Source of the DNA: Paragordius varius
Lineage: Eukaryota; Animalia; Nematomorpha
Assembly (NCBI GenBank): GCA_964247055.1
Contig: OZ176057.1
Span: 4,154,001-4,218,000, forward strand
Length of the DNA stretch: 64,000 nt
Direction: 5' to 3'
Part shown: positions 13,464 through 26,302 of the stretch, in pieces
Numbering within the stretch: position 1 is the first letter of the stretch
Layout of the letters: every line of letters starts with the position of its first letter
The notes under the pieces: generated by a model
What the model was told of the DNA's origin: nothing
What the model saw: the letters and a program-made list of their open reading frames with translations, nothing else
Databases searched by the model: none
Position numbers and translations under genes: made by a program

Positions 13464-15360
13464 TTAATTTTGTCTATGAAGAAAATTTTGTATATCATCG
13501 CGAGTTACCAGGACTTTGTTCAATAAATTAATATGGTATTTTTTGCTTTTGCCATCTTTATCATTAATGCTGTTGAATGAATTTGGATTTTTTTCAACAC
13601 ATTTCCGCGATAAAGATTTTGCATTGAAATGTCGACAAAATTTGTCCAAATTTTCCGTTTGCATAGCATTAATTTTTTTATGGTTAAAATTTATACCACA
13701 GTTATTACCATGAAATATCGTCCCCGTAGAATCTAAAGGATCAAAAGGAATAATAATGTTACGATTGCTCATAATAGTAGAAATTTGGAATTATTCGTGT
13801 AAACTTTTATTTAATTTATTTTAACATGATAAAAGTTTGTATTAGTAATATATATTGCACTATAAGTTAAAAAGTATATTCTCAAAGTATGAGAAATTAT
13901 CGAAAGCAATAATAAACTATTTTTTTTCCATAAATTTCGTTAAGATATAAAATAAATTTAACAAGTTTTACTTACCATTTTGATCCGAACCATCTATTTT
14001 TTTATGATTCAAGGTATGTTGTCCTTGAGGCAAAAGACTTAATGATAAGGAGCCAAGCACATTCTTACAAGCATTTGCATCATTTATTTCGTTATTTAAT
14101 TGGGTCCCTGTAAAATGTTGATGGGCTGACGTATTATAAGATATTTGTCCTACCTTACGATTTATATCGCTCCAACATGATGTATCAGCTGGATGATATG
14201 ATTGATTTCGGGGTGATGGATTATTCACATTGTAATTATCCAAATTAGTGGTATGGGTGTTTGGGGTGTAGATGTTATGTGAAATTCTTAAAAAATTTGG
14301 CTCTAATTCATTGTAACGTAAAGGATCTTCAAACGATTGTACTAAGGATGTTTTTTGCGGGCCGGGGTTGGATACCAATTTAGAGTCTAAATTAATTATG
14401 GGAAGTTGTTTAAATGAATCCTTGGCAAAACTATTGTTATCTCTATTGCCAACTTGGGAATTTTCATTGGTTGAAGAGGAGGGAATGTAAAATGTTGATC
14501 GAGAAAGTTTTTTCAAATCTAAATAATACTTTTATAAAGCTATAATGGGTATTTTTGAGATTAGATATTAATGTAATTTAAGTATCATTTTTATTTTGTG
14601 GTCATCAGTCTTAAAGATTATTTTTAATATTTTATAATTTATGATGTATTATTCGATATTGATTGATTATTATGTTAATGAAAATATACTAAATAATATA
14701 ATAAGCGTAAATTAAGGTATTTTATACCAAAATGCGGAAAACATTTTGACAAAAGGCATTCATAAAATGCCCGTCCAATTCCAATTTTTTTGAACAAACC
14801 AAAGCATTTTAAAAAACAAAATTAGGGCAAAAAAATAACCAGCATTGTTTAACTGATATGAGGAGCATTTTGATGGAAAAAGTCTCGTGAGATGTAAATA
14901 ATTGCAGGCATCAGAAAACGTTTTAGATCTCATGGGTGGTAATATTTGTGGTGTAGTTGTGTTAATTCTTTTTGTAATAAAGTTACATTATTCATGTTAA
15001 GCTCTAAATTATAATCCAAAATTTTGGCTTGAGAACAGGTCGAAACCGTTGAAGAATCGAAAAAACCTGTACCGTTTTCAGCGCAAATTTTATCCCTAAC
15101 ATTACCCATATACTTTTGAAGCGCATTCTGTTTTCCAGAATTTATGATTGACTCAAAATTGTAATTATTTGTTGTTTATTTTATACGTATTTTGACGCAT
15201 AAAATTGGACCCGATTCCGTATTATGTAAGGTGGTGTTTTGATTTGACAAGTCATAATTTTTGTTTTTTAAATCCATGGTGGACTTAAAGAAGATATAGT
15301 ATATCAACATACGCATTTGGATTTTCTCTATAAATTCACTTTCGTTTATCATTTCATGAT
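13464..15360 (-). pseudogene. Orphan 3' exons of the OTUD7-like gene, copy 1
   Basis: Homologous to 51170-53136; exon 13968-14516 still open, but the upstream exon has a TAC-to-TAA stop near 15180 and a 7-nt deletion near 14958; no catalytic exons are attached. Confidence 0.85.
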
Positions 15361-15469
15361 CTAAACAAAATTAAACATGAAAAATATCCAAATTTAAGGT
15401 TATATTTAATAATACAAGATAATCTTATGTGAGACGGAAATACACAATTTATAACTGTTAAAAACTTAC

Positions 15470-15471
<2 letters not shown>

Positions 15472-15523
<52 letters not shown>

Positions 15524-15528
15524 TATAT
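15472..15528. repeat. (TA)n microsatellite at the X1/LINE junction
   Basis: Near-perfect TA run; equivalent runs at 34205-34251 and 53255-53301. Confidence 0.95.
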
Positions 15529-18500
15529 GGCCAACAAAGTCCTACACCTCCCCGCGGTCTTGGCTGGGGCATGAAAAGGCTCTAACGGCAAAGGCCAGTT
15601 TTCTAATGATCTATCATAAGTTATACACAAGGGCATGTTTTACGTAAAAAATTGCCTTAATAAAATTGAAGTATTAAAATGTTAAATATTAAAACCATAC
15701 CACTATCTCAAATAACAATAATAATCCAACTTATAATTATTTTAATATATCCTATTTACATTTTTATACACTTTATATTTTTTGATATATACTTTGAATA
15801 ATAATAATAACATACCAAAATAACTATGGATAAAATAAATGGTACCCTCAATAATAATAATAAAACAGTTCTGAAATTTGCCACATGGAATAAGGGTCAA
15901 TATATTTATGATAACAAACATTTTTAGCCAAAACAATATAGATAAATGTTGCATCCATGAGGCCAGATTAAAAGGTGAGGGATTGTAAAACTTAGACGAA
16001 TACACATTAGTCTATAAAGGAAATGACAAGGGTCAAGGTGGTGTTGCAATTTTTATAAAATACTATCGTGATAACATAATTGATATAATAAGACATAATC
16101 CAAAAATGATTCAAATAAAAATTTTGAGATTATGTATACGCACTTCAATCTGGTCTAAGCGAAACATGAAAAACGAATATTGGGACCATTATGATTTATG
16201 GAACAAAACTTCTGTTAGCGAATGAACTTTTGTTGGTGGTGCTTTTATTTGCCATATTAGTAATGATAACAATGATTAACATGGCGTTCATGGAGGAAAT
16301 GGTGGAACTCTCGATAAGATGGGTCAGAGTTTACTAGAATTTTGTAATGCAACTCAACTTTTAGTTTCAAATACCCATTAAAAACCAATCAGCATATAAC
16401 ATATAATTCTGGTGACCACTCATCTATAGACATCATATTACCTCCCAAAAATATTATGAAACATCTAACAAACATAAAAACTTACTATCAATTCTCTTAC
16501 CAACACAAGCTAACAACAGCATTTATAATTATTGAGAAAATCAATAAGACCGTATTTCAACCACAAAAAATAAATATAGCAAAATTAAAGCATCCAAAAT
16601 TATTATCCGAATATACTCAAAACATCGATTAAAATCTACCGGAACAAAACAATGTCGAAATTTTATGGTAAAATTTTATATCCAAAATTCTTACATCTGC
16701 TAAAAACCAGTGCGGCTTTACTAAACATACTGAGACAACGGAAAAGTTGGTGGTGGAAAAAAGATAAACCATTAATGCGGGAATGCGAAGCCTATAATAA
16801 ATGAAAATTTTCAAAAAGTAATGATGATAAAATAGTTAATAATGATAAAAAACGAGATGTTTAAAAGGCCATTCAACGCGCCATTAATGAAAAATCTGTT
16901 AAAATTACCGAAATAGAAAAAGACTTTAAAAACCAAACGATCTTTAATAGACTTAAAAACCCTAACTATAGTAAAAAAGATGTGAAACCATAAAATGTAT
17001 TAAAGATGATGATGATAATATATCAAATCCTTCGAAATTTCTATAAATTTGGAAAACGAACTTCGAAAAACAACTCAACCAAGTAATTCCGACCAATCAT
17101 TTTAGCACGGTTGCACCAGTAGCTGATTCCATACAAAAAATCACCATAGATGAAGACACAGCAATCAATAAATTAAAAAGCAACATCCAGGCCCCAGCCT
17201 TTCAGTCGACCTCATGCGACCCATCAAAGATACTGCAGAGTATCTGATTAAATTCTTTAACCAAATAATAATTACAAACCAAACTCCCAGATATTGGAAG
17301 AACATCATTAATTCTCATATATAAAATTAAAGCGATCGACTAAAAACATCCTACAGACCTCTGAACTTATGGAACACACACTTAAATTATTCGAAATTAT
17401 ATTAGAAAAGAAGCTGAGAAATCATATAAACATAGATTCAAATTAGTTTAAATTCCGTCCAAACAGTAGCACAATAGATCCCTTGTTTGTGCTAAGATGC
17501 TTACAAGAAAAATATCTGGAATAGAAACAAAAGCTATACCATGTTTATAGATCTGCAACGTGCGTTTGTTCAAATACCATGCTTCACAATTCAATGGGCA
17601 CTGCGTAAAAACGGAATAGAGGAACATACTATACTAATCATATTACTACTTTATAAAAAAACAACAACCAACATTAGAACCAATATCGGCAATACAAGCA
17701 ATTTTCCAACCAACGCTGGACTATATCAAGGTTCAGTCCTAAGCCCCCTTTTCATTGCTATAATGGATGCGGCAACGCAAGACATAAGAACCGAGTGCCC
17801 TTGGGCAATGTTATTCGCCAACGACCTTGTGATAACGACACGATCTTGGGATCAACTGGTAAATAATACCAAGTGGAAATGCCAGAACAATATGGAATGA
17901 TTATAAACCCGACAAAAACAAAAATAATGATAACGGTTGAAAGTGATACACCCAGATACCCTGCTCCATTTGCAGAATGAATGTAGGTTCAAATTTCATT
18001 AAATGCATATCATGTCAAATGTAACTACACAAAAAGTGCTCTAAAATAAAAGGCAAGTTAACAAATGCAATAAATTTAAATGTTTAAATTGTTTAGACCC
18101 CAGTAATAATAATTTGAATCCATTAAAGTTACCTAACATTGATGGTCATAATATCAAATTGGTAGACTCTTTTGTTTACTTAGGAGATGTAACATCTCAA
18201 GGCAGCCTACAAAAGGATTTTGAAAGAAGAATCCAACAAGCTTGGATATAATATAATAAGATATGTTTTACAAAACAAAAATATTAACAATAATAATAAA
18301 TGGTATTCAAAGCAGGCATAAGACCAGCTCTTACCCATGGTTCCACTTGGGCATGCAAAACTAATCAAACAAAACTCCTAACTAGTGAGAGCCGAATACT
18401 CAGCTGCTTTTTCACATTAGAAATACCAACTTTTTAGTAAAAAATCCGATAAAATCGATTATATTATCCAAACTAAGAGATTGCATCTCTACGGTCATAC

Positions 18501-18593
18501 TCGAAGAAGAGACGCCACATACCTTTTAAAAACTGTTGAAAACATTAATGTTGGTGGCAAAAGAAGAAAGGGGTGACCACTCATTTCTTATAA
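15529..18593 (+). mobile_element. Decayed RTE-clade non-LTR retrotransposon (AP endonuclease + RT), 3'-truncated, copy 1
   Basis: LKFATWN and GQGGVAIFIK (endonuclease), HGVHGGNGG...GQSLLEF...VSNTH, FIDLQRAF...GLYQGSVLSPLF...PWAMLFAND (RT; catalytic ADD changed to AND), FVYLG, RLHLYGH...GKRRKG*P; many stops and frameshifts. Confidence 0.92.
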
Positions 18594-21524
18594 TCTATAT
18601 ATTTATAAAAATGGAAAACGCATGCTTTGTGATCTGTTTCCGGAAAACCGGTAGACCCATTCAATACCAAATGTCGAAAAATAAACGTTAATGAATGCAA
18701 CGACCATAGCTTATATTGGTCCCCAGTTCGGGCCCACCTCGTGTAAAAAACGGTTTTTTTTTGAAAACATAAGTCCATAAAAATCGGGTCTATGAGACAA
18801 TTTTGCGGAAAACGTGTTGGACCATTCGATTTCAAATATTTTATTTCTTTACTTTTTTCGATTTCGCCGAACATAGTCGGCTCGCTTTTTTAATCTAGGC
18901 CCTCTTTTTACCCGCTCCCACCGTAAAATGCCATTTTTTTTAAAAAAATTGTCTACAAAAATAATTTTGAATCTATTTTTGGCCCAGGGTATGAGACCGT
19001 AAAAATTCAATAAGGACCCAGGGATTCCCTGTTTAAGGGTGAAAATTTTAGTCGTGCGTTTTTTTTAATTGGCTGCTGGGTAAGGAGATACCCGCTAAAA
19101 ACTGCGCCATCATTTCGAAATAGCGTGCCTTTGGGGCTGAATTTCAGAAAACCTATCAAGCCATATGAGTCAATTGGTTTTTAAAATGTTACCCGCAACA
19201 AGGCAAAAATTTAGGTCGTACGGTTTTTTGATTAGCCGTTAATTAAGCCGCCCTGAAGAATGCGCCACCATAGAATGATTTTTTAGTTTTGAAGCCATTC
19301 TTCCAAAAACTATTAGGAACATAAGGAATCAATCATGATTCCATGTATACTCCGTAAAAAGGCAAAAAATTTTATCGAGTGTTTTTTGTTTAACCCTGGT
19401 TAGGGGGCTACTTGCGTAAAACTGCTTCACCATATCGATAAAGCATTCATTTGGAGCCAAATTTCAGAAAACTTATGAGTCTAATTGGAACATATGAATA
19501 TGATAATTCCAGATATTTACCCCATATAAAGGCAATAATTTTGCCCAATGCATTTTTTATATCTGCCCCAGTAAGGAGCTAACCGCCAAAAACTGCGCCA
19601 CTATATGAAAATTGCCTTGTTTTGGAGCTAATTTACAGAAAATTTATAAAACCATATGAGCTCATTAAAAGCTTGAAATATTACCAGTAACTAGTTAATA
19701 AAAGTTAAACCTTTTTTTATTAGCCGTTAATTTGGAGCCTTTATGTCCTAAAAAGCCATCATTTAACGATTATTTAGTGTTGAGGTTTTTTTCGAACCCA
19801 TGAGACGATGGTATCAAAGAGGATTCCAAATATTTGCTTTATAAGGGCAAAGAATTTAACTCATCGCTTTTTCCATATAGGTCTATGGGTAGGGGTCTAC
19901 CGGTTCAAAAATGAGACGCCATACAAAAGTGGTTTTGGAGCTAATTTTCAAAAAACTTAAGAAGCCATACGAGTTCAGTTAAACACATTTCTGGGGAATT
20001 TGTGCAATATTCTTTCCTTTTAAAAGGGACCACAAATGATTAACTTTTTATAATTGATCCCGCTGTGTGAAAATTTTGAAATAAAACTTTTAACTATGAT
20101 TTCGAAAAACAAAAAGCTTAAAATACCAATGATTGTTGAATAATAACTTAAATAAGGGATAAATATGCTCAATTGCGAGTAAACAATATTTGAGCCTATG
20201 CTAAAACCCGTGAATGTAATTAAAGACTTATTTAATATGTTTTCTATTTGTTTATCTCCATTACCTCTACTAAGTCCACAAAAATTGTGTCTTTGAGGCA
20301 ATTTACCGGAAAACGTGTAGGACATTCGAATTCAAATATGATTTTTATTTACTTTATTTTGATTGGGCCGAACATAGTCAGCTCGCTTCTTTAATTTAGG
20401 CCTCTTTTTACCCGCTCCCCCCGTAAAATGGCTTTTTTTCAAAAAACAAAGTCCACAAAAATATTTTTTTGATTCTATTTTCCGCCCAAAGTATGAGACC
20501 GTAAAATTCAAAAAGGATTCCAGGTATTTTCTGTTAAAAGGCAAAAATTTTAGTTAAGCGTTTCTATGATAGCTGCTGGGTAAGGAGATACCCGCTAAAA
20601 ACTGACCCGTCATATTGAAATAGCGCGCCTTTGGGGCTAAATTTCAGAAAACCTATCAGACCATATGAGTCAATGGCTGCTTAAAGTATTACCCGTAACA
20701 AGGCAAAAATTTAGATCTTGCGGTTTTTTAAAATTAGCGGTTAATTAGGCCCTTCACGCGCTGAGAAATGTGCCACCATAAAATGATTTTTGAGGCAATT
20801 TTTCCAAAAACTACATATGGTCAATCATGATTCCAGGTATTCTCCGTAAAAAAGCAAAAATTTTAATCAAGCTCTTTTTTGTATCAGCCACTGGGTAAGC
20901 TACCCGCCAACTGCGCCACTATATAGAAATTGCGTTGTTTTGGAACTAATTTAAAGATTATGCCATATGAGCTCATTTATAGTTCGAAATAGTACCCGTA
21001 ACGGGGTAATTAAGGTCAAACCTTTATTAATTAGCCGTTAATTTGGGGGTTTTATGTCCTAATAGTACGCCATCATTATTTAGTGTTGAGGTATTTTTTC
21101 GAATAACCCATCAGGCGATGGTCTCAAAGATGATTTCGAATATTTTCCCTATAAATCAAAAAATTTAACTTAGCTCTTTTTCCATACAGGCCTATGGGAA
21201 AAGGTCTACCGAGACGCTATACAAAAATGGCGTGGCTTGGAGCTAATTTTCAAATGTAAGAAGCCATACTTCAAAAACGGCTTTGAATATTACCCATTAA
21301 AAGGTAAAAATTATAGTATAGCGGTTTTTTCCGTTAGCCGTCAATTTGGGGCCTTTACACCAGTGAACAATATAGTATGAATGCACCGTTTAGAAAATCC
21401 TATGATATCATAGTATTAAATAATGTTTCGAAATAATCCACAAAATCCCTTTTTATAGCCCCCTCCCCCCATCCGCCCTGGAAGTCCGAAGGACTTCCTA
21501 GGGAGCATCAAGAATTTACGCTAG
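18594..21524 (+). mobile_element. Non-autonomous Helitron with an internal ~160-bp satellite, copy 1
   Basis: A|TC 5' end (tctatatatttataaaaatg), 3' hairpin ggaagtcc-gaa-ggacttcc followed by CTAG|T, no TSD; no Rep/helicase ORF. Confidence 0.85.
18771..21370. repeat. Degenerate ~160-bp monomers arranged as two higher-order units about 1.5 kb apart
   Basis: aaaactgcgcca-like anchors at about 19097, 19257, 19418, 19588, 19750 and 19907; block starting aagtcca at 18771 recurs at 20272 (offset 1501). Confidence 0.8.
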
Positions 21525-21892
21525 TTATAATTAAAACTCCGTTTTATCAAAAAATATGTATTTTTTATTTAAAAGTAAATAATTCTCCCTTCATGTTTAC
21601 AATTCGTGTTTAGTATACATCCAATATTGAATTTTATATTCAAGTATACATAAGCCTATATTATCACTAATTATTTTGGAGGAATTGCAGAACGGTTGTT
21701 TAATACTTTTAAAACATTTTTTGTTAATAAAGGTCTTATAAAATAAGCACCTGATTTTATGGATCCAGAATGTTATAAAAAATTTTAAACATCATATCAC
21801 ATAAAAATACAATATATAATTATTTATATGACGTTAAGCTTAAGTATTTATAAAATTTCAGAGCATACACAGTATATAGCACACATAGTGGA

Positions 21893-24800
21893 TTAATTAT
21901 CAATTATCATAGTCGTGCTGGTGTCAGGAGTGATGTCCGTTAAAGTTGTTGAGTTATCATTATATTCATCAACACTGCCACCGTTATCAACATTGGCTGG
22001 TAACAAAAGTCTTCTCGTACTTAGGAGTAAAGAGTTTCGCCGTACACTCGTGATTCGAGATAAAACATTTCTTCTGGTTGTCGTTCTACGTGTCGCTCTT
22101 GGAGTAGTCCGACGGCGTCTACGTTGGGTTATTCGAGATGTTCGAGGGCGAAATCGCATAGTTTGACGTCTCCGACGACGTGTTGTAAGAGGACTTCTCA
22201 TTCTTCGAGTAGTAATAGTCCGTGGAGATGCGCGGCGCCTTGTAGATCTGGTTCTCACCCGTGGTGTAAATCTGGAAAAAATAGTCCGTATTTTGGGTCT
22301 GGCCTTCGTAGTCGTGTTTATTCTCACTAATTTGCAAATTAAAAAGGGTACATCATTAGATAGGATCCGTTAAAACTGCATTAAGAAATATTTCGACTTA
22401 ATAAAAAATATAAACATATTTTTATGCGTTATATGAAATACAGTAAAAACTGAAATACGGACAAAACGTAAAAATATAAAAACAAATATTTTTTTCTAAA
22501 AGACAACCATTTTTAAATCTTAAATTATTTCAATATAATTCAATGTTTTAAATGGCAAAGTATTTAGAGATATATATTAAATACAATTAATTCTAATATT
22601 TTTTAATTGTAGAATGGCTTATATAAAAAAATAGGTTTTAAAAAGTTCTGTATTCAACTTTTACTGTATTTGCATTTTATCGATTATCAATATTAATTTA
22701 ATTTTTAATATTATGATTGGTTAATTTGCATATTTACCAGCAGTATATATTTCCGTTTGTAGTTTTCATAAATTATTTACACATGAATGATATTATCAGC
22801 GCTTAGGCCGACCAGTTTGTAATTTATGGAGGACCGAAATTAAAAATATTTCTTGGCTTTTGCATCAATTTTTAAACAGATAGTTATTTAACAATAGAAT
22901 ATATGTCTTTATATGTGAGAAGATTAAGTAATAAATTTAGCATCAAAGCAGTAAAGAGCTGCCTAATAAAATTTTGTACGACAAAAGTTAAATAATATAA
23001 ATTATGATTAAATTATGTAATCTTACCTGAGGTCGTGGCGGAAGGGCTAACCCCGGTTGAAATGGACGAGAGAGAACTGGTTTGACCCATAATGGTAGCG
23101 TTTGATGAAAGAGTAGTAACTGTGCTGCTAATCGATACAACTGGACTTGTAACCATAGTAGGGGTGGTAGCAGACGCAATTGTAATGGAAATCATTGAAG
23201 AGGAGGATGAGGCTGTGGACATTGAAGTCGACGACATTGAGGTTGAGGAGTCAGTCGTTGATGGGGTCACTGGATCCACTGAAAAACAAACATAATAATA
23301 TACAGTTTAGTGTCGTATTTTTTCTTTTTGACGACCATAACAAAGAGTAATTAAGAGAGAAACTTATGAAAGTTTATTACAACCCCTTGAGGTCTGACAG
23401 AGATGGAAAAAATGCGCAGTTTTAGGATTTGAACTATGCCCCCACATAGTGTAAGAGTATGGAGTCTTGCCCAAATATACCATAAACTTAGATCACGTTC
23501 ATGAATTACAAAATGCAATAACATTGGAGAAAGAAGCGTTGTTAAATATAAAACGGAAAATTAAATTAATGTGCCAATATTTTATCATTTAAAAAAATAA
23601 ATAAAAATCAAACTAGTAACCCATATCAGGGATCAGAACCCAGTACTTAACCCAGTAGTGGTGTTCTAATAGGTTAAATCTAGTTCTGGGTCCTCTTTGT
23701 CATAAGAACTAATTGTAAAAGTTTTGATGGCCAATTATCCCAAAATAATTTCCTTTTAATGATTATTTTAAAAGATAGATAAATTGGTTATATAAAGGGT
23801 TAAAAAAGATTTAGAAATATGTGAGTTTTAAAAACAAGTGTTTAAAAATAAAATATAATATTTAGTTTGGTCTTTCAATAAAATGACAGAATGCAATTTT
23901 TATTTGTAAGGTAATAGCATGAATAAAAATTAGCATTCCTAAAAATGTAATAGGACATCCTAAAGATAGCAATATACGTTTTACTAACTATGTTATGTCA
24001 TATTTTTTTATAAGGAAGGTACAGGGTTGGGCAAAGTGCTAATATACACCATATACAGTAAATCGAAACTATACGGACCAAATGAAAAAATATAAAGACC
24101 ATTTTTTTTCCAAAAGACAACCATACTTTTGACCCTAATCGATAAAAATTATTTAATTACAATCATAAAATAATTAATTGATTGTGTTACCAATTTACAT
24201 TCTATATTATATTTTGTAGCTTAAAACAATGAGTTATATATTAAGAAAATCAAGATAAAAAAGTATGGTTTATCTTTTAGAAAAAATATTTGTTTTTATA
24301 TTTTCACGTTTTCTCCGTATAATTTCAATTTTTACTGTATATTCTTCGTTTTTTTAGGAAATACTTAAGGCAATGACTAGATGTTTTTCGTACGTTAACG
24401 ATAGAATCGCCTTGAAAGATATGCGCATTATAGCAAATGAACCTAATTTACACGGGATACGACGTGGCTAATCAAAAGATGTGAGTGATTGGCACGTTCA
24501 TTTAGATAATTTATCCATTATTCCCTATGGGTTTACATATTTCTTTAAAAATGTTTCAAATAAATAAGGAACTTTCAATTTTTAAACGGATGGGCTGAAA
24601 ATGGCTAACTTAATAATATTTCTGGTTTTAGGAGCAGTTATAAATAACAATTTATTTGATGGGCCCACACGTTTTCAAGAATATAACATCAGGCCAACAT
24701 TTGACATTAAACCCATAGATATTATTTGGTAAAAATATAATACAAAAAAACTTAATTTGAGAATAAGGATATTTTATATTATCTGGGTCCATCACCCCTT

Positions 24801-26302
24801 CACTACCACATGGAAAGTGAATTATTATGCACCACACTAAAAATTATATTTTTTACTTATGATGCTTTTTAAGAGGATGGGGTGAAATTGACTTAAAAAC
24901 TACGATATATGGAAATCTAACAAAAGGTCCGAACCACCGTCTGTCTTCATAAATGAACTTTTCATTGTTTCCGATATTGCTTCCAAGACACAATCATTAG
25001 GCCCCTTTTTTGAAAAAAACCCTATTTTAACACGGAAGGGGCTTAAAATAGGGGCTAATAACTCCAATAAATAGCGCATTACAGTATAAGATTATTGAAT
25101 TTAAAATATGCTTTAAAAAATTTATTTGCTTCCATCATTTAAAATTATTATTATATATGCATCAAATAAAAAAATACAGACAATCTTGATAAACATAAGC
25201 AAAATTTTAAAAAATGATTTTAATAAAATTATATCTTATGAGCTACCTGCTAAAGTTATAACATCCTGTTCAATTTTTAAAACTTGTTTCCGGTTTCAAC
25301 TTTATCGCACGGTTCTATTTTTCCCACGTCTAATATTTTATGTGTAACATATTTTAGTGATTTTAACATAAGCCAAATATTTTTGATTTACCAAGAGCCC
25401 AATAAATAAGTTTTACAATAACCATTAATCATTACACCATTTGTCAAAAATCCTTGAAAACTTCATGATGAGTCTTGATAATTTTAAAGTGCCCTAAACG
25501 CTTCTAGTTTTGAGCACTTGAATTCTTTTCGGACATTTTAATTGGACATTGAACACTTTAAATTGGTAAACGCTTAAAGTTGGTCCTTAAATATTTTTAA
25601 GTTAGCGCCTCCATGATTTTTGCATATATTTTTTTATTTTTTAAATTAATATTATAAAAAAACAAAGTTTAGGTTTCAAACTTATTTTTGTGCCATTCAA
25701 TAATATTGAAAACTTATTGATAGTTTTAAAAGAATGCAATTATAACCTAAAAACCTAATTGTTCTTTGATTACCTTAAAACCCTCAGTACAATTAAAATT
25801 TTTGAACAGTTTAGGTTATAAAAGATATTTATATAGTTTGATTGATAAGAATTATATGCAAAATAAAAATGTTAAAAACACAATTGTGTAAGGATCAACT
25901 TGAAGTGTTTATAGATTCTCGAGGACGAAGAAGTTTTAAAGGCTTTTGAAGTGCAAATGGTATATAAACATTTGGACGGATTATGAAACCATAGATTTAT
26001 AAGGTTAATTCTAGTTGATAGGTTAAATTACCATTTTTTTATTTTAATATATTTGTACATAATTTTGGTTATTACATCATTAAAAATAAAGTGCTATTTT
26101 CCTTAAAGGTAGTTTATAAGATTTGGCTTATTCTTCGTTTGTGGATTCAAGTTAGAAACTACGCTTCATGCACAGAATTAAACATTATTTCGAAATTTAG
26201 TTTACCATGGGCATAAACCAGCTTCGGGAATAATAAAATCCATAGATAGATTAAAATTGAACAGGTATTAATAATAAGATTCTGTTGGGATAAGCGAGCC
26301 AT
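21893..26302 (-). CDS. Secreted Ser/Thr- and Arg-rich protein, copy 2 (intact, 260 aa)
   Basis: Exons 26206-26302 (MARLSQQNLIINTCSILIYLWILLFPKLVYAH), 23027-23278 and 21893-22326; both introns GT-AG phase 1; total 783 nt with a single terminal stop. Confidence 0.85.
22441..22666. mobile_element. Tc1/mariner-like MITE (CAGTAAAA TIR)
   Basis: ta|cagtaaaa ... ttttactg|ta. Confidence 0.8.

Larger units (their letters stand above)
3800..15471. repeat. Segmental duplication block X, copy 1
   Basis: Collinear with 21525-34204 and 40236-53254; begins at ttataattatcattaaaagtctgttttatcaaaaaatatg and ends at the (TA)n tract. Confidence 0.95.

Noticed and set aside
18581-20544. Minus-strand ORFs 18581-18874 and 20332-20544 (and 37296, 39043)
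   Set aside because: Chance frames in the Helitron repeat; no Rep or helicase motifs.
18771-21370. Periodic repeats as a CRISPR-like array
   Set aside because: Monomers are about 160 bp, diverged along their whole length, have no unique spacers or cas genes, and lie inside Helitron termini in eukaryotic DNA.
22119-22337. Alternative-frame ORF MQISENKHDYEG... in exon 3 of the Arg-rich gene
   Set aside because: Copy 1 has three TAG stops in this frame, and substitutions are mostly synonymous in the Arg frame.
21915-23295. Plus-strand ORFs (MLVSGVMS..., MGYSRCSR..., MVAFDERV...) and equivalents at 4399, 5350 and 40626-42006
   Set aside because: Antisense shadows of low-complexity coding exons; splice signals support only the minus strand.
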